The notes beneath the pieces were generated by a model, which did no database searches, was not told where the DNA came from, and saw only the letters and a list, made by a program, of their open reading frames with translations. 64,000 nucleotides of DNA from Acholeplasmataceae bacterium (GTDB lineage Bacteria; Bacillota_I; Bacilli_A; ML615J-28; CAG-313). Position numbers and translations under genes: made by a program. Location of the stretch: assembly GCA_012838545.1 (NCBI GenBank), contig DUPC01000034.1:1225-65224 (forward strand), given 5' to 3'. Shown here piece by piece: positions 28,984-39,274 of this stretch. The first letter of the stretch is position 1; each line of letters opens with the position of its first letter.

Positions 28984-29986
28984 TCGGCCTTTCAAATGGA
29001 TGTTCGTGAAGGTAGTCGCGCATCTTGTCAATAACTTTTCCGGCTACCATTCTTCTTGCTAACCGAATCGCATTTTTGAAAGCATATGCGCTGCTTGCGC
29101 CATGAGCTTTAATGACGACTCCGTCAACACCAAATAGCGTTGCACCGCCGACTTCATCGGCGCTGAAACGTTCTTTGAAACGGTTCAGGTTCTTGCGCAT
29201 GAATAGATAACCTATTTTGCCAAAAAAGCTGGAACCGATTTCTTCTTTCAAGGCATGGCCAAAAGCTTTAGCCGTTCCCTCAAAAGTTTTCATCGCTATA
29301 TTGCCGGTATAACCATCTGTCAAAATAATGTCCGCATCACTCATCAACAATTCTTTTGGTTCAAGATTGCCTTGAAAGTTTAGCCCCGACGATTGCAAAA
29401 GGCGATATGTTTCTTTTTCCAATTCCCGTCCTTTGCCAGGTTCAGTACCGATATTGAGTAAATAAATAAGCGGATTTTCAATACCTTTAACTTCTTTGAC
29501 ATAGATATTGGCAAATTGGGCAAATTGAACCAAATGATCGGGATCGATTGCTGTATTTGCGCCCACATCAAGCATGATGGCACCGGTTTTCTTAAACGAT
29601 GGCACATTCGGGCAAATAGCCACGCGCTTCATGCCTTTGATTCGGCGAATCACAATATGCGCAGCCACAATCGTGCCTTGCGTTGGACCGGCGGTAACCA
29701 CACCGTCGGCTTCTTTTTCCTTCACCGCAGTAAATGCCATAACCATGGAAGTATCGCGGTTGCGACGAATCTCGCTGATAGGGTCTTTTTCGCCCATTTC
29801 AATCATCCTTGGCGCATGAACAATAGTAATCCGTTCCGAATTAGTCAAATAAGTTTTAATTATCGCTTCGTCACCGTACAAAACAAGCTCCAAATCAGGA
29901 AATTCTTGCACAGCATCCATTGCACCTTTTACGGTAATTTCCGGTGCAAAATCTCCACCCATGGCATCAATTGCTAACTTAATCAT
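28970..29986 (-). CDS. plsX: Phosphate acyltransferase PlsX
   Basis: MIKLAIDAMGGDFAP is the N-terminal signature. 338 aa. Confidence 0.9.
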   Translation of the reverse strand: MIKLAIDAMGGDFAPEITVKGAMDAVQEFPDLELVLYGDEAIIKTYLTNSERITIVHAPRMIEMGEKDPISEIRRNRDTSMVMAFTAVKEKEADGVVTAGPTQGTIVAAHIVIRRIKGMKRVAICPNVPSFKKTGAIMLDVGANTAIDPDHLVQFAQFANIYVKEVKGIENPLIYLLNIGTEPGKGRELEKETYRLLQSSGLNFQGNLEPKELLMSDADIILTDGYTGNIAMKTFEGTAKAFGHALKEEIGSSFFGKIGYLFMRKNLNRFKERFSADEVGGATLFGVDGVVIKAHGASSAYAFKNAIRLARRMVAGKVIDKMRDYLHEHPFERPNESD

Positions 29987-30002
29987 TTAATTTCCTCCTT
30001 AA

Positions 30003-32036
30003 TCAATCTAATTCTTGATTCTTAATGAAATAATTCTTCTGAGCCTCTTCAAATAATGCACGATATTCTTTACCTGAAAAGAATAACGGATTATTAATTA
30101 TCGCTTCCGAATCGCGGTTTGCAGATTCGGATATTTCACTGTCGGTTTTTAAATCAGCAAATTGGAAGTTAAGGGTTCCCGATTGTTTTTCGCCGAAAAA
30201 TTCCCCTGGGCCCCGATTGCGCAAATCATATTCTGCCAAGACAAAACCATCCGTGGTATTTTCCACCATCCTTAGGCGTTCTTCGGTTTTTTCGTTGGTT
30301 GTTTCCGCAAACAAGAAACAATATGGCACCGCATCACTGCGCATAACTCGTCCGCGCAATTGATGCAAAGTGGCAACCCCGAAGCGTTCCGCTCCCAAAA
30401 TGACTATCGAGGTGGCATTGATGACATTCACGCCTACTTCGATAATGCTGGTGGCGACAAGAATGCCGATTTCTTTATTTAAAAAACGTTGCATGATGTC
30501 TTCTTTTTCGCTTGCTTTTAATCTGCCGTGGAGAAGCCCAACTTCAGTAATGCCCGCAAAATATTTCCTCATGTTTTCGTAAATTTCGGTAGCGTTAGCA
30601 CTCGCCAAGGTTTCCGATTCCTCGATTAATGGCGTGACGACATAAATTTGATGGCCGGCTTTCAGTTCGTTTTTCATATGATTGATAACCAGCTTCTTTT
30701 CGCTCGGCGCCACATATTTGGTAATAACCTGTTTCCGATTTACCGGCATCGTTTTGATGATGGAAATATCGGTGTCACCATAAGCGGTTATCGCCAAAGT
30801 TCTCGGAATTGGCGTTGCGCTCATCTTGAGGTAGTTGACTTCTTGACCTTTGTTTTTAATGGAAACTCTTTGACGCACGCCAAAGCGATGTTCTTCATCA
30901 GCAATAACAATTCCCAAAGAAGCATATTCGACGTCTTTTTGGAACAAGGCATGGGTTCCCACAACAATATCGATTTCGCCCTCTATTAAGCCTTTTAAGA
31001 TTTGCGTGCGAACTTTCGCGGGCGTAGAACCGGTAAGCAGCGCAATTTCCAAATTAAACTCTTTTAAAGTATTGGATATCGTAACAAAATGTTGTTGGGA
31101 TAAGATTTCCGTTGGGCACATAAAAGCCGCTTGATAGCCGTCGCTCACCACCGCAAGCATTGCCATCATCGCTACAATGGTTTTCCCGCTTCCGACTTCT
31201 CCTTGCAATAAGCGATTCATCGGATACGGAGCTTTTAAATCCTGCAATATTTCCTGGATGGCTTTCTTTTGATCGGGCGTAAGTTCGTATGGCAAATTGT
31301 TTTCCAAAATATGCAACTTATCATAATGAACATTGATAGGTTCGCAATAATGATTTTTCCTGCGCATGTATTGCAGGTACTTCATCGATAATTGGTATTT
31401 CAATAATTCTTCGTATTTAAAGCGTTGATAAGCTTTTTCCAATTCTTGAAGAGAGGAGGGATAATGAAGGATTTTCACCGCTTCTTTTATTCCGATTAAT
31501 CGATGTTTCTGCAAAAGTTCTTCCGGCAATGTTTCTTCAATATCATCCTTGTATTTGTGGAACACCTTATCAACAATTTCTAAATATTTGCTATCGCTGA
31601 TATCTTTAATGCGATAAACCGGAACGATATCTCGGTTTATTTCGTCGCACAAAATCAACGAATTTACGGTAAAGTTGTAAAAAGATTGATAAAACCTACC
31701 ACTTACACGAATAAGGGTTCCATAATCAAGTTTGTTTTTTAAGTAGGTCCGATTGAAAATGGTAGCACGAATGATTTTTCCCTCAACCTCAAATAAAAAC
31801 GATAAAGTCGTCAATTTGGTTTTTAAGTAAGTAACCGTAACCTTACTGACCACGCTTCCTTCCAAAACTACGATTTCGTCGAGTTTGGCATCCTTTAAAG
31901 GCGTGACGGTAAAGTTTTCGTACCGAACGGGAAACTCAAACAATAAAGCGGCAATTGTTTCAACCCCTTGTTTTTTTAATGTTGTTTTATGTCGTGCTAA
32001 TATGTAATCCTCGGATGCTAATTTAATATTTTGCAA
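30003..32036 (-). CDS. recG: ATP-dependent DNA helicase RecG
   Basis: A wedge/OB N-terminal domain is followed by SF2 motifs: GEVGSGKT (I), DEEHRFGV (II) and QLRGRVMR (VI). Confidence 0.9.
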   Translation of the reverse strand: MQNIKLASEDYILARHKTTLKKQGVETIAALLFEFPVRYENFTVTPLKDAKLDEIVVLEGSVVSKVTVTYLKTKLTTLSFLFEVEGKIIRATIFNRTYLKNKLDYGTLIRVSGRFYQSFYNFTVNSLILCDEINRDIVPVYRIKDISDSKYLEIVDKVFHKYKDDIEETLPEELLQKHRLIGIKEAVKILHYPSSLQELEKAYQRFKYEELLKYQLSMKYLQYMRRKNHYCEPINVHYDKLHILENNLPYELTPDQKKAIQEILQDLKAPYPMNRLLQGEVGSGKTIVAMMAMLAVVSDGYQAAFMCPTEILSQQHFVTISNTLKEFNLEIALLTGSTPAKVRTQILKGLIEGEIDIVVGTHALFQKDVEYASLGIVIADEEHRFGVRQRVSIKNKGQEVNYLKMSATPIPRTLAITAYGDTDISIIKTMPVNRKQVITKYVAPSEKKLVINHMKNELKAGHQIYVVTPLIEESETLASANATEIYENMRKYFAGITEVGLLHGRLKASEKEDIMQRFLNKEIGILVATSIIEVGVNVINATSIVILGAERFGVATLHQLRGRVMRSDAVPYCFLFAETTNEKTEERLRMVENTTDGFVLAEYDLRNRGPGEFFGEKQSGTLNFQFADLKTDSEISESANRDSEAIINNPLFFSGKEYRALFEEAQKNYFIKNQELD

Positions 32037-32080
32037 AATTTACCCCCTCTGTTTGGAAAAAGGAAGTGGTTTACCTTCCC

Positions 32081-33748
32081 TTACTCAATTGCCAAAATGT
32101 AACTGTAGATTTCTTGCTTCCCATTAATTACATCGATTTCCAAATCTTCGTAATTAGTTTCAATAAAATTGCGAATTTGCGTTAAGTCGCCATTGGTAAC
32201 GTCTGCGCCATAAATAATTGTGATAATTTCTTTTTGGCAAAGATCGACTTTTTCCAATAACTTAATGCAAGCCTCTTCCTTTGATTTAGCCGAACAAACA
32301 ATTTTGCCGTTGCATATGCCGATAAAATCGCCTTTGGCGATATGAATGCCGTCAAAATCAGCATCACGGACCGAGTAAGTCACAAGTCCGGTTGTGACGT
32401 TTTCGATAACGCCTTGTATTTCCGAAAGTATGGTATTGATATCGCCGCTTGAGAATTCAAGCATCGTTAATGCGGCGTAGCCTTGGGAAAGCGATTTGCT
32501 TGGAACAACATAGACATTGGCTTTGTCGTAGTATTTTCCGGCTTGCTCGGCTGTCATGATAATATTAGAGTTATTGGGGAAAACAATAATGTTTTCTGCG
32601 TTCACTGCGTCAAACCCCTTAACAAAATCATCGGATGACGGGTTCATGCTTTGACCGCCCTTTACGACATAGTCAACGCCCATTTCTTTGAAAGTAGTTG
32701 TCAACCCTTCACCGGATGCCACCGCTACAACCCCAAATTTCTTTGGTGCAGCTTTTCGCATTTCTAAGCAATCTTCACATTCACAGTCTTCTTGTTTGTC
32801 AGCAGGACTTTCGGTATGTTGAACTTGCATATTTTCAATCTTTAAGGTTACAAATTCGCCGTATTGTTGAAAATGATTCAAAACGCTACCCGGAGAAATG
32901 GTATGAACATGGACTTTTAACAAGTCTTCATCCTTAACCGCTACAATCGAATCACCGACTGATTCCAAGAAACCCATAACCTCTTGAGTGGAAAAACTGG
33001 CAATATTGACTTTTTTGTGTTGTAGTTGAAGAATGAATTCGGTACAGTAACCGTAAGTCAATTCGCTGTGGGCATCAAAATCCGACTTGATGCTTAAGGC
33101 AGGTTTATCGGTTGACGATACTTCAATTACTTCGCCCTTTAAGGCTTTAGCCATTCCTTCGATAATATAAATGAATCCGGCACCGCCTGAATCAATTACC
33201 CCCGCTTCTTTTAAAACATCAAGCAACTCGGGGGTGCGTTCAAGCGATTCTTTGGCTTCTTTAAGATACAGGTCAAAGAATTCGTCAATGCTGGTCTTTT
33301 TTCTCACCTTGGATCCGGCGTATTCGCTGGCTTCCCGGGCGACAGTTAGAATCGTACCTTCCACAGGTTTCATAACCGCTTTGTAAGCTTGGGCTACTCC
33401 TGATTTGAAAGCGCGACTTAACTCCAAAGCACCGATTTCCTTGTATTCGGCTAATCCTTTATAAATGCCCCGGAATAATTGGGATAAAATAACACCAGAA
33501 TTACCCCGGGCCCCCATTAACATGCCTCGCGACAAACGTTTTGCCATTTCATAAATCGATTGTTCTTCACAAGTGCTGATTTCGTTTACACCTGCTTCGA
33601 TTGTCATCTTCATATTCGTTCCTGTATCGCCATCTGGTACAGGGAAAACATTCAAAGCATCAACTTCACGATAATTGGCCCGTAAATTATTTGCACCATT
33701 AACAACTAGTTGTCGAAACAATGGACCATCTATTTTCATCGTTTGCAT
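32081..33748 (-). CDS. yloV: DAK2-domain fusion protein YloV (Dak phosphatase-like plus DegV-like C-terminus)
   Basis: It lies next to rpmB as in B. subtilis. The Dak2 N-terminus is present. The start is ATG 33748, 6 nt after GGAGG. The 27-codon ORF-track extension is hydrophobic leader sequence. Confidence 0.8.
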   Translation of the reverse strand: MQTMKIDGPLFRQLVVNGANNLRANYREVDALNVFPVPDGDTGTNMKMTIEAGVNEISTCEEQSIYEMAKRLSRGMLMGARGNSGVILSQLFRGIYKGLAEYKEIGALELSRAFKSGVAQAYKAVMKPVEGTILTVAREASEYAGSKVRKKTSIDEFFDLYLKEAKESLERTPELLDVLKEAGVIDSGGAGFIYIIEGMAKALKGEVIEVSSTDKPALSIKSDFDAHSELTYGYCTEFILQLQHKKVNIASFSTQEVMGFLESVGDSIVAVKDEDLLKVHVHTISPGSVLNHFQQYGEFVTLKIENMQVQHTESPADKQEDCECEDCLEMRKAAPKKFGVVAVASGEGLTTTFKEMGVDYVVKGGQSMNPSSDDFVKGFDAVNAENIIVFPNNSNIIMTAEQAGKYYDKANVYVVPSKSLSQGYAALTMLEFSSGDINTILSEIQGVIENVTTGLVTYSVRDADFDGIHIAKGDFIGICNGKIVCSAKSKEEACIKLLEKVDLCQKEIITIIYGADVTNGDLTQIRNFIETNYEDLEIDVINGKQEIYSYILAIE

Positions 33749-34134
33749 AAATTTCCTCCATTTAGTAAGATACTTTTTTTTATTTCTAAGTAAAGTAATT
33801 ATCATCATTATTAAAATGCTATATAATATTACCATATTTTCTATTAAAATGCAAGTAAAAGAGCCTTAGCCATCCTTTTGACTAAAGGCAAAAAATACCC
33901 GATGAATTGCTAATTTTTGAAAATAAACCTACCCAAACTTAAAACTTTTAATCTGCTTTTATCAAATTATCGCAAGTTTTTAGAAAATAATTTGTCGCTT
34001 AATCCCCCAAATAATGCAAAATTTACTAGAAACAAGGTAATAATAACGATAGGCAAAAAGAATAAGGTGTGTTTAGCCCACTTCAAAAGTTTATAAAAAA
34101 AAATAGTAAATGGAAAAACCTTTTTTCGTTTTGC

Positions 34135-34163
34135 TTGCATTTTTTTTATCAATATGCTATAAT
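34135..34163 (+). promoter_or_regulatory. Sigma-A promoter of rpmB
   Basis: TTGCAT-17 nt-TATAAT, followed by the RBS aaggaggag and ATG 34190. Confidence 0.5.
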
Positions 34164-34189
34164 AACATGGATTTTAAGGAGGAGACATT

Positions 34190-34381
34190 ATGGCTCGTAA
34201 ATGCTACTATACCGGAATCGGTACTAAAGCAGGTAATAATCGTTCCCACTCATTACACGCTACCCGTCGGAAATGGAAAGCAAACCTTCAAAAGGTTCGC
34301 ATCGTCGACGAAAAAGGTCGCATTAAAAGAGTATACGTTTCTACTCGCGCAATGCGTGCAGGACTCGTTACCCGTGCATAA
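34190..34381 (+). CDS. rpmB: 50S ribosomal protein L28
   Basis: [29 protein letters not shown], 63 aa. Confidence 0.9.
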   Translation: MARKCYYTGIGTKAGNNRSHSLHATRRKWKANLQKVRIVDEKGRIKRVYVSTRAMRAGLVTRA

Positions 34382-34382
34382 A

Positions 34383-34415
34383 AAAATGGCATATTAAATT
34401 ATGCCAATTTTTTTT
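34383..34415. terminator. Bidirectional terminator after rpmB
   Basis: The stem tggcata / tatgcca is flanked by A-run and T-run (aaaaaatggcatattaaattatgccaatttttttt). Confidence 0.55.
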
Positions 34416-34487
34416 ACTCTTTTTTGCGAAACAAATTAATAAAAAAGCGTATGATAGCGGAAATACATTTAGGAATTCGGATAACAT

Positions 34488-34537
34488 AAAAACGCATATA
34501 TTTAGCCCCCATTGCTACATTATATGCGTTTTTTTGT
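34488..34537 (-). terminator. Rho-independent terminator after rpe
   Basis: A 12-13 bp stem aaaaacgcatata / tatatgcgttttt with a 20-nt loop. A T-run follows on the minus strand. Confidence 0.55.
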
Positions 34538-34561
34538 ATTAATATGCAATATATCCATTGC

Positions 34562-35200
34562 TCATTCCAGATTGGCCAACGCTTCTTTGATGTTGGGATG
34601 GCTGAAGACATATGTTCCCGCAACCACGATATCGCAGCCGGCTTCTTTTACCAATAAAACAGTTTGGTTGTTGATTCCGCCGTCAACTTGGATTAAATAA
34701 TTGTAATTGTGTTGGTCTTTTAAAGCCTTTAGTTGTTTGATTTTCGGCACTGCGCCCATCATGAAAGTTTGGCCGCCAAAGCCTGGTTCCACACTCATGA
34801 CCAATACCAAATCCAAAAAAGGCAAGAACGGTTCCAAAACCGAAACCGGCGTGTTGGGTTTTATCGAAATACCCGCTTTTATTCCAAAAGCTTTAATGGC
34901 TTTGATTATGCGGAAGGGGTTATCGACGGCTTCGTAATGAAAGGTAATATAATCCGCCCCCGCATGAACGAAATCGGTTAAATATTTCAATGGATCGCTA
35001 ATCATTAAATGGACATCAAAAACCATCTTTGTCAAAGGACGAAGGGTTTTTACTATCGAGCTGCCAAACGAAATATTCGGAACAAAATGTCCGTCCATAA
35101 TGTCAAGATGAAGCATTTGACAACCTGCTTCGTTTAATCTATCTATATCGCGCGCCAGATGAGCAAAATTGGCAGATAAAAGCGAAGGTGCAACAATCAT
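34562..35200 (-). CDS. rpe: Ribulose-phosphate 3-epimerase
   Basis: MIVAPSLLSANFAHLARDIDRL...LHLDIMDGHFVPNISFG. Confidence 0.9.
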   Translation of the reverse strand: MIVAPSLLSANFAHLARDIDRLNEAGCQMLHLDIMDGHFVPNISFGSSIVKTLRPLTKMVFDVHLMISDPLKYLTDFVHAGADYITFHYEAVDNPFRIIKAIKAFGIKAGISIKPNTPVSVLEPFLPFLDLVLVMSVEPGFGGQTFMMGAVPKIKQLKALKDQHNYNYLIQVDGGINNQTVLLVKEAGCDIVVAGTYVFSHPNIKEALANLE

Positions 35201-35204
35201 ACTT

Positions 35205-36089
35205 TCACCACTTCCTTAATTTACTGATTTCTTCCAAGAAAAGCAAATAGTTTTCATAGCGGCTTGGCAAAATCGAGGTACCGACTTTTTCCTTAACCGC
35301 ACAGCCAGGCTCGTCTTGATGCAAACAACTATTGAAACGACAATTTGCGCTGGCTTCAAAAAATTCCACAAAGCTATGCGCTAAATCCATTTCATTCATC
35401 GAATCAAAGTCCACAATTCCAAACCCCGGGGTATCCGCTACCCAACCGTTATACATCGGGATCAACTCGACATGCCGGGTGGTGTGTTTGCCACGCCCCA
35501 AAGCATAGGAGATTTCCGCAGTTTTGATATTCAAGTGGGGAACCAAGCAATTGATTAAACTGCTTTTGCCAACCCCGCTTTGCCCGGTAATAACGGATAT
35601 TTTCCCCTTGATGACGACTTTGATGTCCTCAATGGTATGAGGAGACGGGGCTTTGGTGGAATATGCCAAGTAAGGATAGCCAATAGATTGATAGTACTCG
35701 CAAATTTTTTGCATGGCTTTTGCTTCTTCTTCATTTAATAAATCCCATTTAGTATAAATTATTACACAAGGGATGTTGTTAAATGTCCTTATGGCCAAAA
35801 AACGATCCAGTAAATTGGTATTAAAATCCGGATGTTTGACACTGAAAAGCAGCAGCGCCTGATCGACATTGGCAATATTAGGTCGAATCAAATCGTTGTG
35901 CCGTTCTTCCACATCAACAATATAGGCGGTATTATCATCCATCATCCGGTATTCCACATAATCCCCAACTTTGGGATTGGTGCCGATTAAACGGAATTTC
36001 CCACGGGCTTTTGCGGGGACGGTTTCTTTGGTTTCCAGATTATATAGATAATACAATTCTTTTTGATGAGAAATAATGAGTGCCCTCAT
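35205..36089 (-). CDS. rsgA: Ribosome small-subunit-dependent GTPase A
   Basis: N-terminal OB domain, GTPase motif GQSGVGKSSLIN and the C-terminal zinc knuckle CRFNSCLHQDEPGC. Confidence 0.9.
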   Translation of the reverse strand: MRALIISHQKELYYLYNLETKETVPAKARGKFRLIGTNPKVGDYVEYRMMDDNTAYIVDVEERHNDLIRPNIANVDQALLLFSVKHPDFNTNLLDRFLAIRTFNNIPCVIIYTKWDLLNEEEAKAMQKICEYYQSIGYPYLAYSTKAPSPHTIEDIKVVIKGKISVITGQSGVGKSSLINCLVPHLNIKTAEISYALGRGKHTTRHVELIPMYNGWVADTPGFGIVDFDSMNEMDLAHSFVEFFEASANCRFNSCLHQDEPGCAVKEKVGTSILPSRYENYLLFLEEISKLRKW

Positions 36090-37138
36090 CGTTTTTTCTC
36101 CTTCATCGTTTGGGCTCTAAGCTGCCCACAAGCCGCCCTAATGTCATCGCCGTGTTCGGTACGGAAGGTAACATTGATGCCCGCCTGGTGCAAAACATTG
36201 AAGAAAACTTGGGCAGATTCGGGAAGCGTTCTTTTATATTCTTTGGTCAAGACTTCGTTATAAGGGATTAAGTTGACATAACAATTGATACCTCGCAGTA
36301 AATTAACCAATTGATGGGCATGACTGGTGGTGTCGTTGATATCTTTAAGTAAAATGTATTCAAAAGTGACGCGGCGATTGGTTTTCGCCAAATACGCTTT
36401 TACGGCTTCCATAACTTCATGCAAAGGATAAGAACGGTTGATTTTCATTATTTTACTGCGCAATTCGTCATTTGGCGCATGAAGACTGATAGCCAAATTA
36501 ACTTGCAGCTTAAACTCTGCAAACTCAAAAATCTTTGGCACAATCCCGCATGTGGAAATCGTAATGTGACGAGCTCCGATTTCCAACCCTTTGGCAAAAT
36601 TGACAGTTCGGCAAAAATCCAAAACGGTTTGGAAATTGTCAAACGGTTCGCCAATTCCCATTACCACAATATTGGTTACCCGTTCGTTTGTGGCGTCGAG
36701 TTCGCTTTGGACATGAAGCACCTGAAGCACCATTTCCGCATGCGTTAGGTTCCGAATGCGTCCGAGTTCGCCGCTCGCGCAGAAACTGCAACCCATATTG
36801 CATCCTACTTGGGAGGTCACGCACACGCTGTTTCCATAAGAATGACGCATCAACACCGTTTCAATCAAATGACCGTCATGAAGCCGAAACAAGTATTTCG
36901 TTGTTCCGTCGCTGGACACAATCTTCTTTTCCACGTTTAAACGTTCAATCGCAAAGTGTTCATGCAGATGTTCCAAAGCTTTTTTGGAAAGATTTGTCAT
37001 TTTCTCGAATAAGGTAACCCGATGGCGATAAAGCCATTCAAAGATTTGCGTGGCACGAAATTTTTTATCATTTTGCGCAATAAAATATTCTTCCAACGCT
37101 TTTAGGGAGAAATTGTAAATATTGTTTTTCACATGCAA
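36086..37138 (-). CDS. rlmN: 23S rRNA/tRNA m2A methyltransferase RlmN (radical SAM)
   Basis: CNMGCSFCASG is the radical-SAM CxxxCxxC motif. 350 aa. The stop overlaps the rsgA start. Confidence 0.9.
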   Translation of the reverse strand: MHVKNNIYNFSLKALEEYFIAQNDKKFRATQIFEWLYRHRVTLFEKMTNLSKKALEHLHEHFAIERLNVEKKIVSSDGTTKYLFRLHDGHLIETVLMRHSYGNSVCVTSQVGCNMGCSFCASGELGRIRNLTHAEMVLQVLHVQSELDATNERVTNIVVMGIGEPFDNFQTVLDFCRTVNFAKGLEIGARHITISTCGIVPKIFEFAEFKLQVNLAISLHAPNDELRSKIMKINRSYPLHEVMEAVKAYLAKTNRRVTFEYILLKDINDTTSHAHQLVNLLRGINCYVNLIPYNEVLTKEYKRTLPESAQVFFNVLHQAGINVTFRTEHGDDIRAACGQLRAQTMKEKKR

Positions 37139-38376
37139 TCCTTTCTAATCATTTTGCAAATATAAAAACCGTCGCCGGCACTTCCTGGCATCATTAATTC
37201 TTCATAAACTTTTTCAAAATCTGGGTGGTTGCTTAAAAAATATTCGATTTGTTCTTCGTTTTCGCTTTTATTAATGGTACAAGTGCTATAAGTGAGCGTT
37301 CCGTGACATTTCACAAAAAGAGAAGCATTTTCAAGAATGCGTTTTTGAAGTTCGATTAATTCATTAATTTTTTCTTGCGTCATTTGATATTTTAAATCGA
37401 CTTTATGCGCGATAACACCAAGACCCGAACACGGGGCATCGACCAAAACGTGATCGAACAGCCGATTAAATTGATAAACTGTGGCATCCGCCAAAACCGT
37501 TTGGATAATTTTAACGTTTAGTTTTGTGGCACTATCTTCTACCATTCGTAGTTTGTGGGGGTAAATGTCGCAAGCGACGATTTCGCCCTGATTATCCATC
37601 AAACCGGCAAGGTGCATCGACTTTGTTCCCAAACCACAACAGATATCCAAAACCGCTTCCTTTGGTTGGGGATTTACAGTTTTGGCCACCTTGATGCTTG
37701 AAGGGTTTTGGGCGATTATTTTTCCTTCTTCAAAAAGAGCATGATTGATTAAACTCGTTTGGGAAATTAGACAATCTTCCAAAACTTGAAATTCGCTTTT
37801 TTCGGTTTGAAGAATTTTCGCTACTTCTTCGGGTTTTATTTTTAAGGTATTGATTCGGTAATAATTAGGAGTGGGTTTTTGCATTTCCGCCAAAATGGCT
37901 TCAACCTGGTCAGGGTATTCCCGCATCAAAAGATTAAGCAAATCCCGCGGAAAACTGTATTTGAGATGCAAGTATTCCTTTTGGGGCAATTTTGTTAAAT
38001 CCGGTTTAGGCAATTGTTGATATGTTCGCAAAACACCGTTTACCAATCTCGAACCCTTAAAGTCTTGCTTCTTAATCATTTGCACCAAAGCATTAACCAC
38101 ATAATGAGGTGCAAGACGCATCTCGTCTAACATATAAACACCCATCCGCAGGGTGTTTTTTAGGTATGGTTTAATTCTTTTGCCTTTAATCAAAGGCGCT
38201 AAATAATAATCGATTCGTATTTTATTTTCTACCGTCCCCAAGACTATATGCGTGAAAAGCCTTTTTTCATGATCGGATAGTTGGTTTTTTTGCAATACCT
38301 CATTGATGGCGATATTGCAATAGGCTCCTTCATTGATAATTCTGGTGATGGCTTGCAAGGCGTAATTCATTATCAT
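37129..38376 (-). CDS. rsmB: 16S rRNA m5C967 methyltransferase RsmB/Sun
   Basis: NusB-like N-terminus, SAM-binding DICCGLG and the catalytic DAPCSGLG. Confidence 0.85.
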   Translation of the reverse strand: MIMNYALQAITRIINEGAYCNIAINEVLQKNQLSDHEKRLFTHIVLGTVENKIRIDYYLAPLIKGKRIKPYLKNTLRMGVYMLDEMRLAPHYVVNALVQMIKKQDFKGSRLVNGVLRTYQQLPKPDLTKLPQKEYLHLKYSFPRDLLNLLMREYPDQVEAILAEMQKPTPNYYRINTLKIKPEEVAKILQTEKSEFQVLEDCLISQTSLINHALFEEGKIIAQNPSSIKVAKTVNPQPKEAVLDICCGLGTKSMHLAGLMDNQGEIVACDIYPHKLRMVEDSATKLNVKIIQTVLADATVYQFNRLFDHVLVDAPCSGLGVIAHKVDLKYQMTQEKINELIELQKRILENASLFVKCHGTLTYSTCTINKSENEEQIEYFLSNHPDFEKVYEELMMPGSAGDGFYICKMIRKDCM

Positions 38377-39104
38377 TTATTCTCGACCACAATCGGACTG
38401 GAACTGTGACTGGTAATAATGATAAAATAGAATACTTCCAATTTTCGGTATTGTTCCATTAAAGCTTGATATTTGGTTTTTTCCAAATTACCGACATATT
38501 TTAAGGTAAAGCGAATATTGTTGAATATTTGTACCCAGTCGACAAAGGACAACGTGATTATAGTTTGTTTGCTTTCAAAGTAAGCAATCGGAATCAACCG
38601 TAAAAGGCGTTCCGGTGCATAAGCCTTAATGTAAGCAAGCAAATCGGTGATAAAATTGGAAAGCATATCACCGGTATGATAATACAAATAATCGCAAGCT
38701 TCGTCAATGTTATTAAAGTCGCTTAAAACACGCTTTAATTCTTCATAAAAATTTTCCAGCGTTTCGTTGTTCATGTTATCGATAATAATCATACTGGCAA
38801 GCTTAAAGCGCGGAAAAATATCTTCTTTAATTTCCGCGAGCATGTTTAAAATCGTTTCGCAGTCATTGGCGCTTTGATTATATAAAGCATTGATTTCCGT
38901 TTCGTCTTGATTGATTTCGTTTAACTTTAATTCATAAAGCATTAAAGTCGATTGTAAATCTTGGTACTTACGTTCGATATAATCAAGTTTTCGTTGGTTC
39001 TCTGGGTCGCTAGAAAAAAGGAGCAAAACTTTGATTAACAGTAAACTGTGTTTGATATTTTTTTCTGCTTTTAATATTCGTTCAACAATTTCCATATGTT
39101 TCAC
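38373..39104 (-). CDS. Hypothetical 243-aa protein translationally coupled (ATGA) to rsmB
   Basis: It has an open frame, a 4-nt overlap with rsmB and sits where fmt is in Bacillus. No Fmt motifs are present. Confidence 0.5.
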   Translation of the reverse strand: MKHMEIVERILKAEKNIKHSLLLIKVLLLFSSDPENQRKLDYIERKYQDLQSTLMLYELKLNEINQDETEINALYNQSANDCETILNMLAEIKEDIFPRFKLASMIIIDNMNNETLENFYEELKRVLSDFNNIDEACDYLYYHTGDMLSNFITDLLAYIKAYAPERLLRLIPIAYFESKQTIITLSFVDWVQIFNNIRFTLKYVGNLEKTKYQALMEQYRKLEVFYFIIITSHSSSPIVVENK

Positions 39105-39274
39105 CTACTTTCATTATACTATAAAGGAAGCAATTTATCAAGCATTTATCACACCTTGGACATTAAAAAATCCCATTTTTTTCGCTTTTTTCCATTAATT
39201 GCAAAGTATCTATTGATTAAAATGAGTCATTTTATGGTATAATTAGTCATAATGTTAGAAAGTGTGAGGTCATC

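Noticed and set aside
29380-29977. ORFs 29380..29607, 29516..29977 and 29574..29819 within plsX
   Set aside because: They are shadow frames of the plsX coding region.
33967-34397. ORFs 33967..34152 (-), 34110..34397 (+) and 34414..34623 (-)
   Set aside because: They overlap the rpmB promoter, the rpmB CDS in another frame, or the two terminator hairpins. They have no RBS and no homology.
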